From an uncultured Candidatus Saccharibacteria bacterium (GTDB lineage Bacteria > Patescibacteriota > Minisyncoccia > Phycocordibacterales > UBA918): a DNA stretch of 64,000 nucleotides. Of the stretch, positions 9,856 to 19,313 are shown piece by piece. The stretch covers positions 64,120 to 128,119 of the forward strand of contig CAZKFF010000001.1 in NCBI GenBank assembly GCA_964552045.1. Direction: 5' to 3'. A program made the translations under genes and the position numbers. How positions within the stretch are numbered: the first letter of the stretch is position 1; every line of letters starts with the position of its first letter. The notes below the pieces were generated by a model. It was not told the origin of the DNA and ran no database searches. It saw only the letters and a program-made list of their open reading frames with translations.

Positions 9856-10143
9856 TTATTTCGTTTCCTGTGCAGCCGGTTCTTGCGAGACAGTTTCCGC
9901 GTCTGAAGAGCTCTGCGCCCTGATCGCCTCGCGTTTTGCCTGCATCCGTGCATCACGCTTTTCCTTTTGCGCCTTCAGGTCCATTACCTGTCGTCCTTTG
10001 TAAAAGCCGCATTCCAGGCACATGTGATGAGGACGGTGCTGGGCACCGCAGTTTGAACACACAGCCAAAGTAGGGTTCTTCAGCGCATGGTGTGATCGGC
10101 GGTTGCTTGTATGCGCCCGCGTATGTCGCATTCGTATTACCAT
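9856..10143 (-). CDS. rpmF: 50S ribosomal protein L32 (Zn-ribbon type, extended C-terminus)
   Basis: RRSHHAL, CSNC...[13 protein letters not shown]; start ATG 10143. Confidence 0.92.
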   Translation of the reverse strand: MVIRMRHTRAHTSNRRSHHALKNPTLAVCSNCGAQHRPHHMCLECGFYKGRQVMDLKAQKEKRDARMQAKREAIRAQSSSDAETVSQEPAAQETK

Positions 10144-10234
10144 AGTGGGCGCAACTATAGCAGACAAAGGCTTTTTTGGCAATAAGAAAGGGCGCCAAGC
10201 GTCGGCGCCCCCTGCTTGATGCACAATCGGGAAG

Positions 10235-10435
10235 CTATTTCCCGTGGAATTGCTGCTCGCGCAACTCCGGAAGATTGGACGTGAGCGCAAGTTTCCGGTA
10301 TACACCCAGATCTTCTTGACTGCACGACATCACGAGACAAGCCGCCGCAATGCCGTGGTTCTCACAGTATTGGGCAAGTTGTTCCCGGCTCTCCTCCTTG
10401 ATGGTGTTTGTGCCATCACTTTTTGCTTGTGACAA
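10235..10435 (-). CDS. Small hypothetical protein (~66 aa, TTG start)
   Basis: GAAGAGG 7 nt before TTG; followed by a GC hairpin plus T-run at about 10183-10211 on the minus strand. Confidence 0.35.
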   Translation of the reverse strand: MSQAKSDGTNTIKEESREQLAQYCENHGIAAACLVMSCSQEDLGVYRKLALTSNLPELREQQFHGK

Positions 10436-10527
10436 GACTGTACCTCTTCGATTCTGTAGAAAATTGAAACGCTCTTTTGCGTTCCTCCCACACCCCCTGA
10501 TGTGGCTTCCCATACTGTACCACACAT

Positions 10528-11139
10528 TCAGCTCCCTATCAATTTCTGACAGTAACTTTTTCTGTGCACGTCAGAAACCCCGAGGGTAAGGATGAGCTTC
10601 CGATGATGCGCGGTGCCGTAGCCCTTATGCTGCTCGAAGCAATACGGAGCATATGCGGCACGAGCGGACAATCGGGACATGTGTCGGTCACGGGTCACTT
10701 TGGCGGCGATCGAAGCGAGGCCGATCACTTTCTCCTGTGCGTCGCCGCCGATGATGGTTTCCTGGTACAAAAACTCTTCCGGGGCTCGAAGCGAGCCATC
10801 GAGCTTCACCTGGCAAAATGCTTCCTCAAAGTGAAGCTCGCTTTTGAGTTTATGGAGCGCGATCCGCATCGCTTTGCGGACAGACGGGACGATGCCGATA
10901 GCATCAATGGAAGCCGCGCTGACCATCGCCACGGCAAACGCAAGTTTCCGTTCCTGCTGCAGTACGCACGCCTGTCTAAAAATCTCTTCTCGCTTCTGAG
11001 GCGTAAGTTTTTTTGAATCATCAACGCCCGGGATATGGCTCCAATTGAAGTCCGGAGAGACACAGACCACGCCGACAGCAACCGGGCCCGCTAATGGGCC
11101 GCGCCCAGCCTCGTCTATGCCAATGAGCCATTTTTGCAT
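10528..11139 (-). CDS. rnhB: Ribonuclease HII
   Basis: GIDEAGRGPLAGPV, DSKKL, ASIAAKVTRD, HKGYGT; start ATG 11139. Confidence 0.95.
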   Translation of the reverse strand: MQKWLIGIDEAGRGPLAGPVAVGVVCVSPDFNWSHIPGVDDSKKLTPQKREEIFRQACVLQQERKLAFAVAMVSAASIDAIGIVPSVRKAMRIALHKLKSELHFEEAFCQVKLDGSLRAPEEFLYQETIIGGDAQEKVIGLASIAAKVTRDRHMSRLSARAAYAPYCFEQHKGYGTAHHRKLILTLGVSDVHRKSYCQKLIGS

Positions 11140-11182
11140 GTAGATAACTATACCAAGGATTTTTGATATAATGGCCATATTC

Positions 11183-14100
11183 ATGTCCCCCAAGCCCATC
11201 GAGTCCGAATTCGTCCATCTGCACGTGCATTCGCACTATTCCCTTCTTAATGCGATCCCGACTCCCAAAGAGCTCGCACAGGCGGCAAAGGAAGACGACC
11301 AGCAGGCACTTGCATTGACCGACGCCGGAGCGCTGTATGGCATCATCGACTTCTATAAAGCGTGTGCCAAAGAGGAGATCAGGCCTATCATTGGTCTTGA
11401 TGCGTTCCTCGCACCGCGGACACGCTTTGATAAGGAGCCGCTCGACAAACCGCGCGCTCGTCTGGTTTTGCTCGCAGAGAACGACGCAGGCTACAAGAAC
11501 CTCATCAAACTGGTCACGCTCTCGAACATTGAAGGCTTCTACTACCGCCCCCGTCTGGACCGCGAACTGCTGCAAACATATGCAAACGGGCTGTTCTGTC
11601 TGATCCCTTCATTCGCCGGAGAGACGTCTCAGCACTTGAAGAACAACGATCTCGAAAAAGCACAGGCCGATGCGGATTGGTACAAGAGTGTCTTCGGCGA
11701 TCACTGCTATCTTGAGATCACGCACCACCCCGAGATGCTCGAACATCAGGAACTGCAGGAGAAAATACGTGGGTTGAGCGAACGGTCCCGTATTCCGCTT
11801 GTTGCAGCGCACGATGTCTATTACCTCAACAAAGACGACGCCACCGCGCGTGAGGTGATGATCAAGATCCAGAACGGCGGCAGTGTTGACCCGCACGAAG
11901 AGCGCAGCGAGGATTTCTCGTTCATCACGCAGACGCAGGCAAAAGAATATTTCACAGACGTCCCCGAAGCGCTGCAGAATACCGTACGTATTGCAGAACA
12001 GTGTTTTGTCGATATCCCGATCGGTACAAAGTGGTACTTTCCCAACTACATCATTGAGAGCGGCAAAAAAGCAGACGAGGAGCTTCGTGAACGTGCATAC
12101 AAAGGAGTCGCCTGGCGCGGACATGACATCAATGACCCCGCCATCAAGGAGCGCCTCGACTACGAACTTGAGGTCATCAAGAACAAAGGCTATGCGAAGT
12201 ACTTTTTGACTGTAAGCGACCTGCTGCGTGAGGCGCGCGAACGAAAGATCCTCACCACCATTCGCGGATCAGTTGCCGGTTCGTATGCCACGTACGTGCT
12301 CGGCATCACGAACGTAGATCCACTTGAATATAAGCTCCCCTTTGAGCGTTTCTTGAACCCTGAGCGTCCTTCAGCGCCTGACGTCGATATGGACTACGCC
12401 GATAATCGGCGCGATGAGATCATCGAATACGCGAAGCAGAAGTACGGCGAAGATAAAGTGGCCCAGATCGGCACGTTCGGAACAATGATGGCTCGCGCGG
12501 CAGTGCGCGATGTTGCGCGCGCATTGGGCCATCCCTATTCGGTTGGCGACCGCATCGCAAAGCTCATTCCAATGGGAAGCCAGGGATTCCCGATGACGAT
12601 CAAACGCGCTCTGGAGATCGAACCGGAACTGAAAAAACTCTACAAGGCAGACAGCGAATCCCGCGATGTGCTTGACCTCGCACAGAAGATCGAAGGGCGC
12701 GCACGGCACGTGGGCGTGCATGCAGCTGGTGTGGTGATTGCACCCGAGCCATTGGACCAGTTTGTTCCTATACAACTCGATACCAAAACCGGCAAATACA
12801 TCACACAATATGAGATGCGCTCTGTCGGCGAAGACGGGGTCGGTCTCCTTAAGTTCGACTTCCTTGGCATCAAGAATCTCTCCATTCTGGCTGACGCCGT
12901 CAAACGCGTGAAGGCTATCCGCAATATTGATGTCGATATCGAAGACATCCCGCTTGATGATCCGAAGACGTTCAAGATGCTCGCCGCCGGGGAGACGATG
13001 GGGCTGTTCCAGCTCAACGGCTCAGGCATGACTGCATTCCTCAAGCAACTGCAGCCGTCATCGATTCATGACATCAACGCTATGGTCGCCCTGTATCGTC
13101 CGGGCCCGATGGAATCGATCCCGCAGTATATTGAGCGCAAGCACAACGCGAACCTCATCACCTATCTTGACCCGCGCCTGCAGAAGATACTCGACCGTTC
13201 GTACGGGGTGATCACCTATCAGGATGACGTCATGATGATCTCGATCGAGCTCGCCGGTTATTCATGGCTCGACGCCGACAAGCTCCGCAAAGCCATGGGG
13301 AAGAAGATTCCCGAGGTGATGGAGGCGGAAAAGGAGAAACTCATGAAAGGTTTTCTCGAATACGGGAAGCTCTCTCCTTCTGTTGCTGACAAGCTCTGGA
13401 GGCTCATCGAGCCATTTGCCGCGTATGGATTCAACAAAGCACATGCGGCCAGCTACGGACGGGTTGCATACCAGACCGCGTACATGAAAGCGAACTATCC
13501 CGAGGAGTATATGTCTGCGGTACTCACTGCCGACTCCGGAGATACGGAGAAGATCGCCGAGATCATCCACGAATGCGAACGCATGGGTATTGAGGTGCTG
13601 CCGCCGGATATCAACGAGAGCTTTGCAGCTTTCTCTGTGATACCCAACACGCAAAAGATACGCTTCGGCCTGACGACCATCAAGAATTTTGGCGCCGGAA
13701 TCGCAGAAGCGATCATTTCGGAACGCAAAGAGAATGGACCATTTGCTTCCCTCTCTGACTTCCTGACGCGCGTCCATGACAAAAATCTCAACAAGAAATC
13801 ACTTGAGGCGCTCATTATGGCGGGAGCATTCGACCGCTTTGAGGTGCGCGGCAAGATGTATGAGAACCTCGACACGCTCCTTGCGTTCAATAAGGAGCAC
13901 GTTGCCGGAAAGGAAGCAAACCAGGATTCGCTCTTCGGCGGACTTACCACCGCCATCAATATGCTTGTGCTTGCTGATGCTCCTGATGTGTCGCTTGAAC
14001 AGAAACTTTTGTGGGAAAAGGAGCTTTTGGGCGTGTATGTCTCCGGGCATCCGCTTGATCGGTTCAAAGAAGAGCTTTCCAAACGCTCGACCATACAGCA

Positions 14101-14404
14101 GATAAAGAATGACGGACGCAATGGCATTCCGGTAGTCACTGCCGGCATGATCGAGACAGTACGCGAACTGCTTACAAAGAAAGGAGACCGTATGGCCTTC
14201 ATTCAACTATCGAACCACGATGACACCATTGAGATGGTCGCATTTCCTGAGGTATTCCAGGCAAACCGCGAATTTCTTACGCCCGGCTCCTGTGTTGCAG
14301 TCAAAGGCAAGCTCAATATCCGTAATGATGAGCCAAGTATACTCGTTGATAAACTCAAGCTCCTCGGAGCCTCTCCAGTTGACGCAACACCTGAAACCGC
14401 CTAA
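11183..14404 (+). CDS. dnaE: DNA polymerase III alpha subunit
   Basis: PHP HLHVHSHYS, RGSVAGS, catalytic PDVDMD, KFDFLG, FNKAHA, OB fold; ATG 11183 preferred over 11171 because TGATATAAT overlaps 11171. Confidence 0.97.
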   Translation: MSPKPIESEFVHLHVHSHYSLLNAIPTPKELAQAAKEDDQQALALTDAGALYGIIDFYKACAKEEIRPIIGLDAFLAPRTRFDKEPLDKPRARLVLLAENDAGYKNLIKLVTLSNIEGFYYRPRLDRELLQTYANGLFCLIPSFAGETSQHLKNNDLEKAQADADWYKSVFGDHCYLEITHHPEMLEHQELQEKIRGLSERSRIPLVAAHDVYYLNKDDATAREVMIKIQNGGSVDPHEERSEDFSFITQTQAKEYFTDVPEALQNTVRIAEQCFVDIPIGTKWYFPNYIIESGKKADEELRERAYKGVAWRGHDINDPAIKERLDYELEVIKNKGYAKYFLTVSDLLREARERKILTTIRGSVAGSYATYVLGITNVDPLEYKLPFERFLNPERPSAPDVDMDYADNRRDEIIEYAKQKYGEDKVAQIGTFGTMMARAAVRDVARALGHPYSVGDRIAKLIPMGSQGFPMTIKRALEIEPELKKLYKADSESRDVLDLAQKIEGRARHVGVHAAGVVIAPEPLDQFVPIQLDTKTGKYITQYEMRSVGEDGVGLLKFDFLGIKNLSILADAVKRVKAIRNIDVDIEDIPLDDPKTFKMLAAGETMGLFQLNGSGMTAFLKQLQPSSIHDINAMVALYRPGPMESIPQYIERKHNANLITYLDPRLQKILDRSYGVITYQDDVMMISIELAGYSWLDADKLRKAMGKKIPEVMEAEKEKLMKGFLEYGKLSPSVADKLWRLIEPFAAYGFNKAHAASYGRVAYQTAYMKANYPEEYMSAVLTADSGDTEKIAEIIHECERMGIEVLPPDINESFAAFSVIPNTQKIRFGLTTIKNFGAGIAEAIISERKENGPFASLSDFLTRVHDKNLNKKSLEALIMAGAFDRFEVRGKMYENLDTLLAFNKEHVAGKEANQDSLFGGLTTAINMLVLADAPDVSLEQKLLWEKELLGVYVSGHPLDRFKEELSKRSTIQQIKNDGRNGIPVVTAGMIETVRELLTKKGDRMAFIQLSNHDDTIEMVAFPEVFQANREFLTPGSCVAVKGKLNIRNDEPSILVDKLKLLGASPVDATPETA

Positions 14405-14431
14405 AGTACCAGGGAAACACGGAGGCCAAGA

Positions 14432-14709
14432 ATGGTTTCGAAGGGTGTAATAAGACAGATTGAGGAACTGGTCGCCCATCAATTGCCGGAACTTGAGAAG
14501 CTTGAGGCTCTCTATGCACAGGTTTTCTGTATAGAGATCATTGCTGAAGGAAAGACACCTTCTAAGGAAGGGCTTCCTTCACTTGGAGAACAACGGAGCT
14601 CCGTGAAAAGCTCAACGAACTCTTGAGTACCCCATACGTCATAGAAACGCTTTTGGTTCTGTTGCCGACACTCATTGATGTCAAAAAGCGCGGATCGGGA
14701 GGTTCTTGA
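14432..14709 (+). pseudogene. Small hypothetical gene apparently split by a frameshift
   Basis: GGAGG SD before ATG 14432; frame stops at 14626 but the -1 frame reads ELREKLNELLSTPYVIETLLVLLPTLIDVKKRGSGGS to TGA 14709, just before a terminator. Confidence 0.4.
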
Positions 14710-14717
14710 AATCTCAC

Positions 14718-14744
14718 CCCGGCACCTACGGTGCCGGGTTTTTT
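14718..14744 (+). terminator. Intrinsic terminator
   Basis: CCCGGCACC-tac-GGTGCCGGG followed by T6. Confidence 0.75.
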
Positions 14745-14763
14745 GAATAGTTGACCTATGGTA

Positions 14764-15522
14764 TTAAAATTTCAGAGAATTCAATATCTTTTCAGTCACC
14801 GAGACATCTCCGCTTATGTGCCACATAGTCAAGCCACTACCGTTAACAAACAGATGATATTTTAAAGTATCACCCACACATTCCTCACATTCCTTCTCAG
14901 TTATATCATTTCCCTTTGCATCAAACAGAGCCGGGCTAGTGATTTGCTTTAGCAAATTTACTCCATTTTCAAGAGTGATATAAACACTATATTTGGGAAT
15001 TTCTTTAAAAGTAATAATGCCATATTTAGAACTCTCCCCCGCTAGAGATGTTCTTTCTTTTTCAAAATCTTTTAACGAAGTTATTTCTGAATAGCCGACC
15101 CCACATGGCGTGTTTGGCGTACAGATTTTCACAGCATATTTTTTTGAATTGCTGCTATCTCGAAGAATAACATCACCTTCTTTGCTGACTTCCAATTCTT
15201 TCGGATACATGAAGCTAAAACCATACTGTTCATCAGTATATGTTTCTGTAAGAGGACCGTATGAGATAGGCTGCTTTTTGGTTGCAGACTCTACCGGTGC
15301 AGCTGCTTCTTGTGTCACCTCAAGTTCGCTGCATGGTGTTGTTGTTGCAGTCAGGTCGCAGTCAGGTTGCATTTGATTTTCTGGAACAGTTGCATCTGGA
15401 GTAGATATAAATGGCAGCATACGGACAAGATCATAGCCAAATGCAGATGAAACTGAGAAAGCAACCGCAACAATTACAACAATCGCGATGAGTAATGCGA
15501 TTATTTTTTTGTTTGATTTCAT
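14764..15522 (-). CDS. Membrane-anchored exported hypothetical protein (PsbP/Mog1-like strand motif), AT-rich islet
   Basis: N-terminal KK plus TM helix; TYTDEQYGFSFMYP and C-terminal KILNSLKF typical of PsbP-like folds; several Cys pairs. Confidence 0.7.
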   Translation of the reverse strand: MKSNKKIIALLIAIVVIVAVAFSVSSAFGYDLVRMLPFISTPDATVPENQMQPDCDLTATTTPCSELEVTQEAAAPVESATKKQPISYGPLTETYTDEQYGFSFMYPKELEVSKEGDVILRDSSNSKKYAVKICTPNTPCGVGYSEITSLKDFEKERTSLAGESSKYGIITFKEIPKYSVYITLENGVNLLKQITSPALFDAKGNDITEKECEECVGDTLKYHLFVNGSGLTMWHISGDVSVTEKILNSLKF

Positions 15523-15614
15523 ATAGGTGCATTTTATCATGCATCTATTGAATTTAATTGACAAAACTGGAGAAGCTCATGCATAAAAAGATCCAAGTGT
15601 TACGATTAATGTGT

Positions 15615-16814
15615 ATGAACCACTCTAAAATTTTTCTTCTCCTAAGTCTTTTAGTTACATTTATTTCTCAATCCGCACATGCAGAAAATGTCTACTACCA
15701 ACCCACTCCTTACGCGACGACCACAACGAACGGTGTGCACCTATATGACGGCTGGGTACCTAGCGTTTTTTATGGAAAAAAATTTATCCAAGATGAGAAG
15801 CTGAGAACCGGTGGCTGGGGCGATACATACCGTACATATCTTAACTTTGATCTTGAAGGTCTCCCAACAAATGTTTCAACAACAACCCTCTGGCTTACGC
15901 CATATTTTGATGGTGCTGGTGCAACTACCACCTCACTGGATATATATAGAGTAACAAGTAGCTGGTCCCCCACTATGACCTGGACTACACAACCTTCATT
16001 AAGCTATGTCGGGCAACTCGGAAGACCTGAATACAATATCCCTTGGGGCATAAACATATCGAGTTTGTATACTAACTGGAAGAATGGTACTTATTCGAAT
16101 TATGGGTTAATGCTAAACCCAGATTTAACCAACAATAAATTTAGTGTTTTTCGTTCTTCGAGATATACAACTGATGAAGAAGATCGGCCCATGTTGCAAT
16201 TTGATTTCACTCCACCGGTTACTATTCCCGATTTTAAGATTCCTCTACCTGGAGATCTCTCATGGTTAGTTACTAACGAGACTGGCGGCTATCGTTGCCT
16301 AAACGATGGACAAACTATATCTCACACCAACAATAATTATTTCTCCATAGACTTTGACGATCTAAACAAAGATGGGAGCGGCAACCCACAGACGACTTTC
16401 ACTATAGGAAGCACAAGTACCACTTCAGTTCCAATTCTTGCTGCTGCAGATGGGAAGGTAGTTGAACGAGGTACGAATGAGAATGTGCCCAATGGTTATT
16501 ATTTGGTGTTGGATCATGACACTGACTATGATGCCGATACTGGCTTTACAACAAGGTATTTACATCTGGCATATCCTCCAGAAGTCGCTATAAACGATAC
16601 TGTTTTACAAGGTGATTTGCTTGGTTATTTAGGTAACACTGGATCAAGTACAGGTTCACATCTACACTTTGGACTTCGATATGAAAACGATGGTACAAGT
16701 TCCTCAAATGTTCAATATGCAACTATTGAAAGCTGGCTCACTAAAGGAATTCAGACCGAATGTACTAGCGTAATACTAAATCGTTATTATCTATCCTCAA
16801 ATCAGGCTTACTAG
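15615..16814 (+). CDS. Secreted DNRLRE/CBM96-like domain + M23 metallopeptidase
   Basis: Signal peptide ending AHA; RTYLNFDL...NYGLML...RPML (DNRLRE-like); H...SIDF, AAADGKV, YLHL, GNTGSSTGSHLHF (M23). Confidence 0.85.
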   Translation: MNHSKIFLLLSLLVTFISQSAHAENVYYQPTPYATTTTNGVHLYDGWVPSVFYGKKFIQDEKLRTGGWGDTYRTYLNFDLEGLPTNVSTTTLWLTPYFDGAGATTTSLDIYRVTSSWSPTMTWTTQPSLSYVGQLGRPEYNIPWGINISSLYTNWKNGTYSNYGLMLNPDLTNNKFSVFRSSRYTTDEEDRPMLQFDFTPPVTIPDFKIPLPGDLSWLVTNETGGYRCLNDGQTISHTNNNYFSIDFDDLNKDGSGNPQTTFTIGSTSTTSVPILAAADGKVVERGTNENVPNGYYLVLDHDTDYDADTGFTTRYLHLAYPPEVAINDTVLQGDLLGYLGNTGSSTGSHLHFGLRYENDGTSSSNVQYATIESWLTKGIQTECTSVILNRYYLSSNQAY

Positions 16815-16861
16815 ACGATTCGATAGTGAAGTTGACTTAATAGCTGACCTTACGCTAGGAT

Positions 16862-17049
16862 GTAGTGACCCAGAGATTGTGGTGGCTACCAACCGCCAGT
16901 GCGCATGCACGTGTTATCTGATCTGGAACAGCAAAGTGCCATGCAGTATACCTGCATGGAAGCCCGGTGGAACCGCGGTACTCACGAAAGTGAAGATCGT
17001 CCGAGCGAACACACGAACTATCGTGTAGTCGCTTGGGCGATTTATTTTT
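16862..17049 (+). promoter_or_regulatory. T-box riboswitch (transcription attenuation) upstream of thrS
   Basis: Stem III CCATGCAG/CTGCATGG (16939-16959); T-box CGG-TGGAACC-GCG pairing with CGT-CCG; terminator TCGTCCGAGCGA...TCGCTTGGGCGA plus T-run; Thr codons ACC 16888-90 and ACA 16928-30. Confidence 0.8.
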
Positions 17050-17068
17050 ATTACTTAATGCAATACAC

Positions 17069-18817
17069 ATGTCAGAACAACTTCAAAACAAACGCCATAC
17101 GCTCGCGCACCTGCTGGCTGCAGCGGTTGTAGAGCAGTATCCGCATGCAAAACTGACTCTTGGTCCGGCGATCGATACCGGCTTCTATTACGACATTGAT
17201 TTTTCGGGTGGCCCCGCCCTCACCGACGATGGTCTCAAGGAGATTGAGAAGCGTATGAAGAAGCTCCTCAACTCATGGACGGAATTCACCCATAGAGAAG
17301 TGGCAAAAGAAGAGGCCACAGCTCTTTTTGCAGGGAATCCGTATAAGATTGAACTCATCGAAGAGATCGCGCAGAAAGGCGAAACGATCACGTTGTACAC
17401 CTGCGGAGGCTTCACCGACCTGTGCCGCGGAGGGCACAGCCAGCACCCGAACAAGGATATACACGCTGATGCGTTCACACTCGACAAAGTGGCGGGAGCG
17501 TACTGGCGGGGCGACGAGAAGAATCCGATGCTCACCCGCGTGTACGGGCTCGCATTCGATACGGCAGCAGACCTCCAGGCGTACCAGACACAGTTAGAGG
17601 AAGCAAAGAAACGCGACCACCGCAAGCTCGGCAAGGAACTCGACCTGTTCACCTTCTCTGAGCTTGTCGGCTCTGGTCTGCCGCTGTGGACGCCTAAAGG
17701 CACAGTTGTGCGTCATGAGCTCGATACCTACATCTGGCAGCTGCGGAGCAAGCACGGATATCAGCGGGTCACTATCCCCCATATCACAAAAAAAGACCTC
17801 TACCAGACATCAGGACACTGGGAGAAATTCGCCGATGAACTCTTCCGCATCACCACGCGCGAGGGCAAGGAGTATGCTTTAAAGCCGATGAACTGCCCGC
17901 ACCATACGCAGATCTTCAACCGCACGCCGCACAGCTACCGTGACATGCCGCAGCGCTATGCGGAAACCACTATGGTGTACCGCGACGAACAGTCAGGCGA
18001 GCTCGGCGGCCTTACCCGCGTTCTGTCCATTACGCAGGACGATAGCCACGTCTTCTGCCGGCATACTCAGGTGCGCGAGGAATTCTTCCGTATCTGGGAT
18101 ATCATCGATACTTTCTACGGGACATTCGGATTCAAACTCCGCGTCCGCCTGTCCTTCCACGAACCGACGGAAATGGAAAAGTATCTCGGCACCAAGGAGA
18201 TATGGGACAATGCAGAAAATGCGCTCCGTGAAATCGCACAGGAGCGAAAGGCCGATTATTTCGAAGCGCAGGGAGAAGCAGCTATGTATGGACCCAAGCT
18301 CGATTTCATGGCACAAGATTCCATCGGCCGTGAACACCAGGTTGCGACCATACAGCTTGATATGAACTTGCCTGAGCGCTTCGACCTTTCCTGCATCAAT
18401 GAAGCAGGGCAGAAGGAACGCATCGTCATGATCCACTGCGCCATCATGGGATCGATCGAACGCTTCAGCGCGGTGCTGATCGAACACTTGGGCGGCAATT
18501 TCCCCTTGTGGCTTTCTCCAGTACAGATCGCAGTCATCCCTGTTGCCGACACGCATAGAGCATATGCGCAACAGGTGTACGATAGCCTGAGGGCAGTCGG
18601 CATTCGTGCGACCTTTGATGATTCCAATGAGTCCATGGGAAAGAAGATCCGCAATGCCAAGAAAGAGCGCCTTCCCTACTTCATCGTTATCGGCGACAAG
18701 GAGGTTGCAGCAAAAAACGTCACTCTGGAGTCGCGTAACGGAATCTCAGAACAGGTAGAACTCGGAGTGCTTGGCAACCGCCTCCTTGCAGAAATGAGCG
18801 AAAAGCTTCTTTCATAG
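17069..18817 (+). CDS. thrS: Threonine--tRNA ligase (no N-terminal TGS domain)
   Basis: RHTLAHLLA editing motif, DLCRGGH, KRDHRKLG, KPMNCPHH, YGPKLD, HCAIMGSIERF. Confidence 0.97.
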   Translation: MSEQLQNKRHTLAHLLAAAVVEQYPHAKLTLGPAIDTGFYYDIDFSGGPALTDDGLKEIEKRMKKLLNSWTEFTHREVAKEEATALFAGNPYKIELIEEIAQKGETITLYTCGGFTDLCRGGHSQHPNKDIHADAFTLDKVAGAYWRGDEKNPMLTRVYGLAFDTAADLQAYQTQLEEAKKRDHRKLGKELDLFTFSELVGSGLPLWTPKGTVVRHELDTYIWQLRSKHGYQRVTIPHITKKDLYQTSGHWEKFADELFRITTREGKEYALKPMNCPHHTQIFNRTPHSYRDMPQRYAETTMVYRDEQSGELGGLTRVLSITQDDSHVFCRHTQVREEFFRIWDIIDTFYGTFGFKLRVRLSFHEPTEMEKYLGTKEIWDNAENALREIAQERKADYFEAQGEAAMYGPKLDFMAQDSIGREHQVATIQLDMNLPERFDLSCINEAGQKERIVMIHCAIMGSIERFSAVLIEHLGGNFPLWLSPVQIAVIPVADTHRAYAQQVYDSLRAVGIRATFDDSNESMGKKIRNAKKERLPYFIVIGDKEVAAKNVTLESRNGISEQVELGVLGNRLLAEMSEKLLS

Positions 18818-18942
18818 CAATATTCCAAAATGAAATCTACAGCTCGGCAATTGCAGCAATTGCCGAGTTCTTGTATTTTTAAGAAAGAACACACAGTACG
18901 CAGCAGAGTATATTTCATCACGTACCTCAGAGGGAGGAACCC

Positions 18943-19242
18943 ATGAAGCATTCCAGTATCGTACATGACGGTTCGCATGCGGCGATCAAGCTCCCGCGAA
19001 GGCTCTTGTCGAGCATCTGCCAGAACTTGGGCAGGCCCGGTCCAAGCTTCTCGCATGAGAAGAATGAGCTCGGCGGCATGCAGCTTCATGTCTACTGCAC
19101 CGACGACAGCGGCACAGTCACCACGGCGGTGCACGGGACCGTCAGGCGCGTCTCGCGCAAAAGCCTGCGCCGGTGGGCGTTCGTGGGCAGCCGCATCGAA
19201 GACCTCACATCGTTCGACGCGAAAAAACTGGTCCGCATCTGA
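18943..19242 (+). CDS. Small hypothetical protein (99 aa)
   Basis: GGGAGG SD 5 nt before ATG; fills the gap between thrS and a convergent gene. Confidence 0.45.
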   Translation: MKHSSIVHDGSHAAIKLPRRLLSSICQNLGRPGPSFSHEKNELGGMQLHVYCTDDSGTVTTAVHGTVRRVSRKSLRRWAFVGSRIEDLTSFDAKKLVRI

Positions 19243-19313
19243 ATCGTTCCAGGACGCACGAAGAAGCCGAGCATATCTGCTCGGCTTTTCCTATGATCAC
19301 ATTGATACGCACG

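Noticed and set aside
11183-14404. Intein or intron in dnaE (or gyrB)
   Set aside because: Lengths are normal or short, and no intein block motifs or frame breaks are seen
14746-16850. Flanking 12-mer as a proven target-site duplication of a mobile element
   Set aside because: Only 11/12 identity in AT-rich DNA and no integrase or transposase; kept only as a side note
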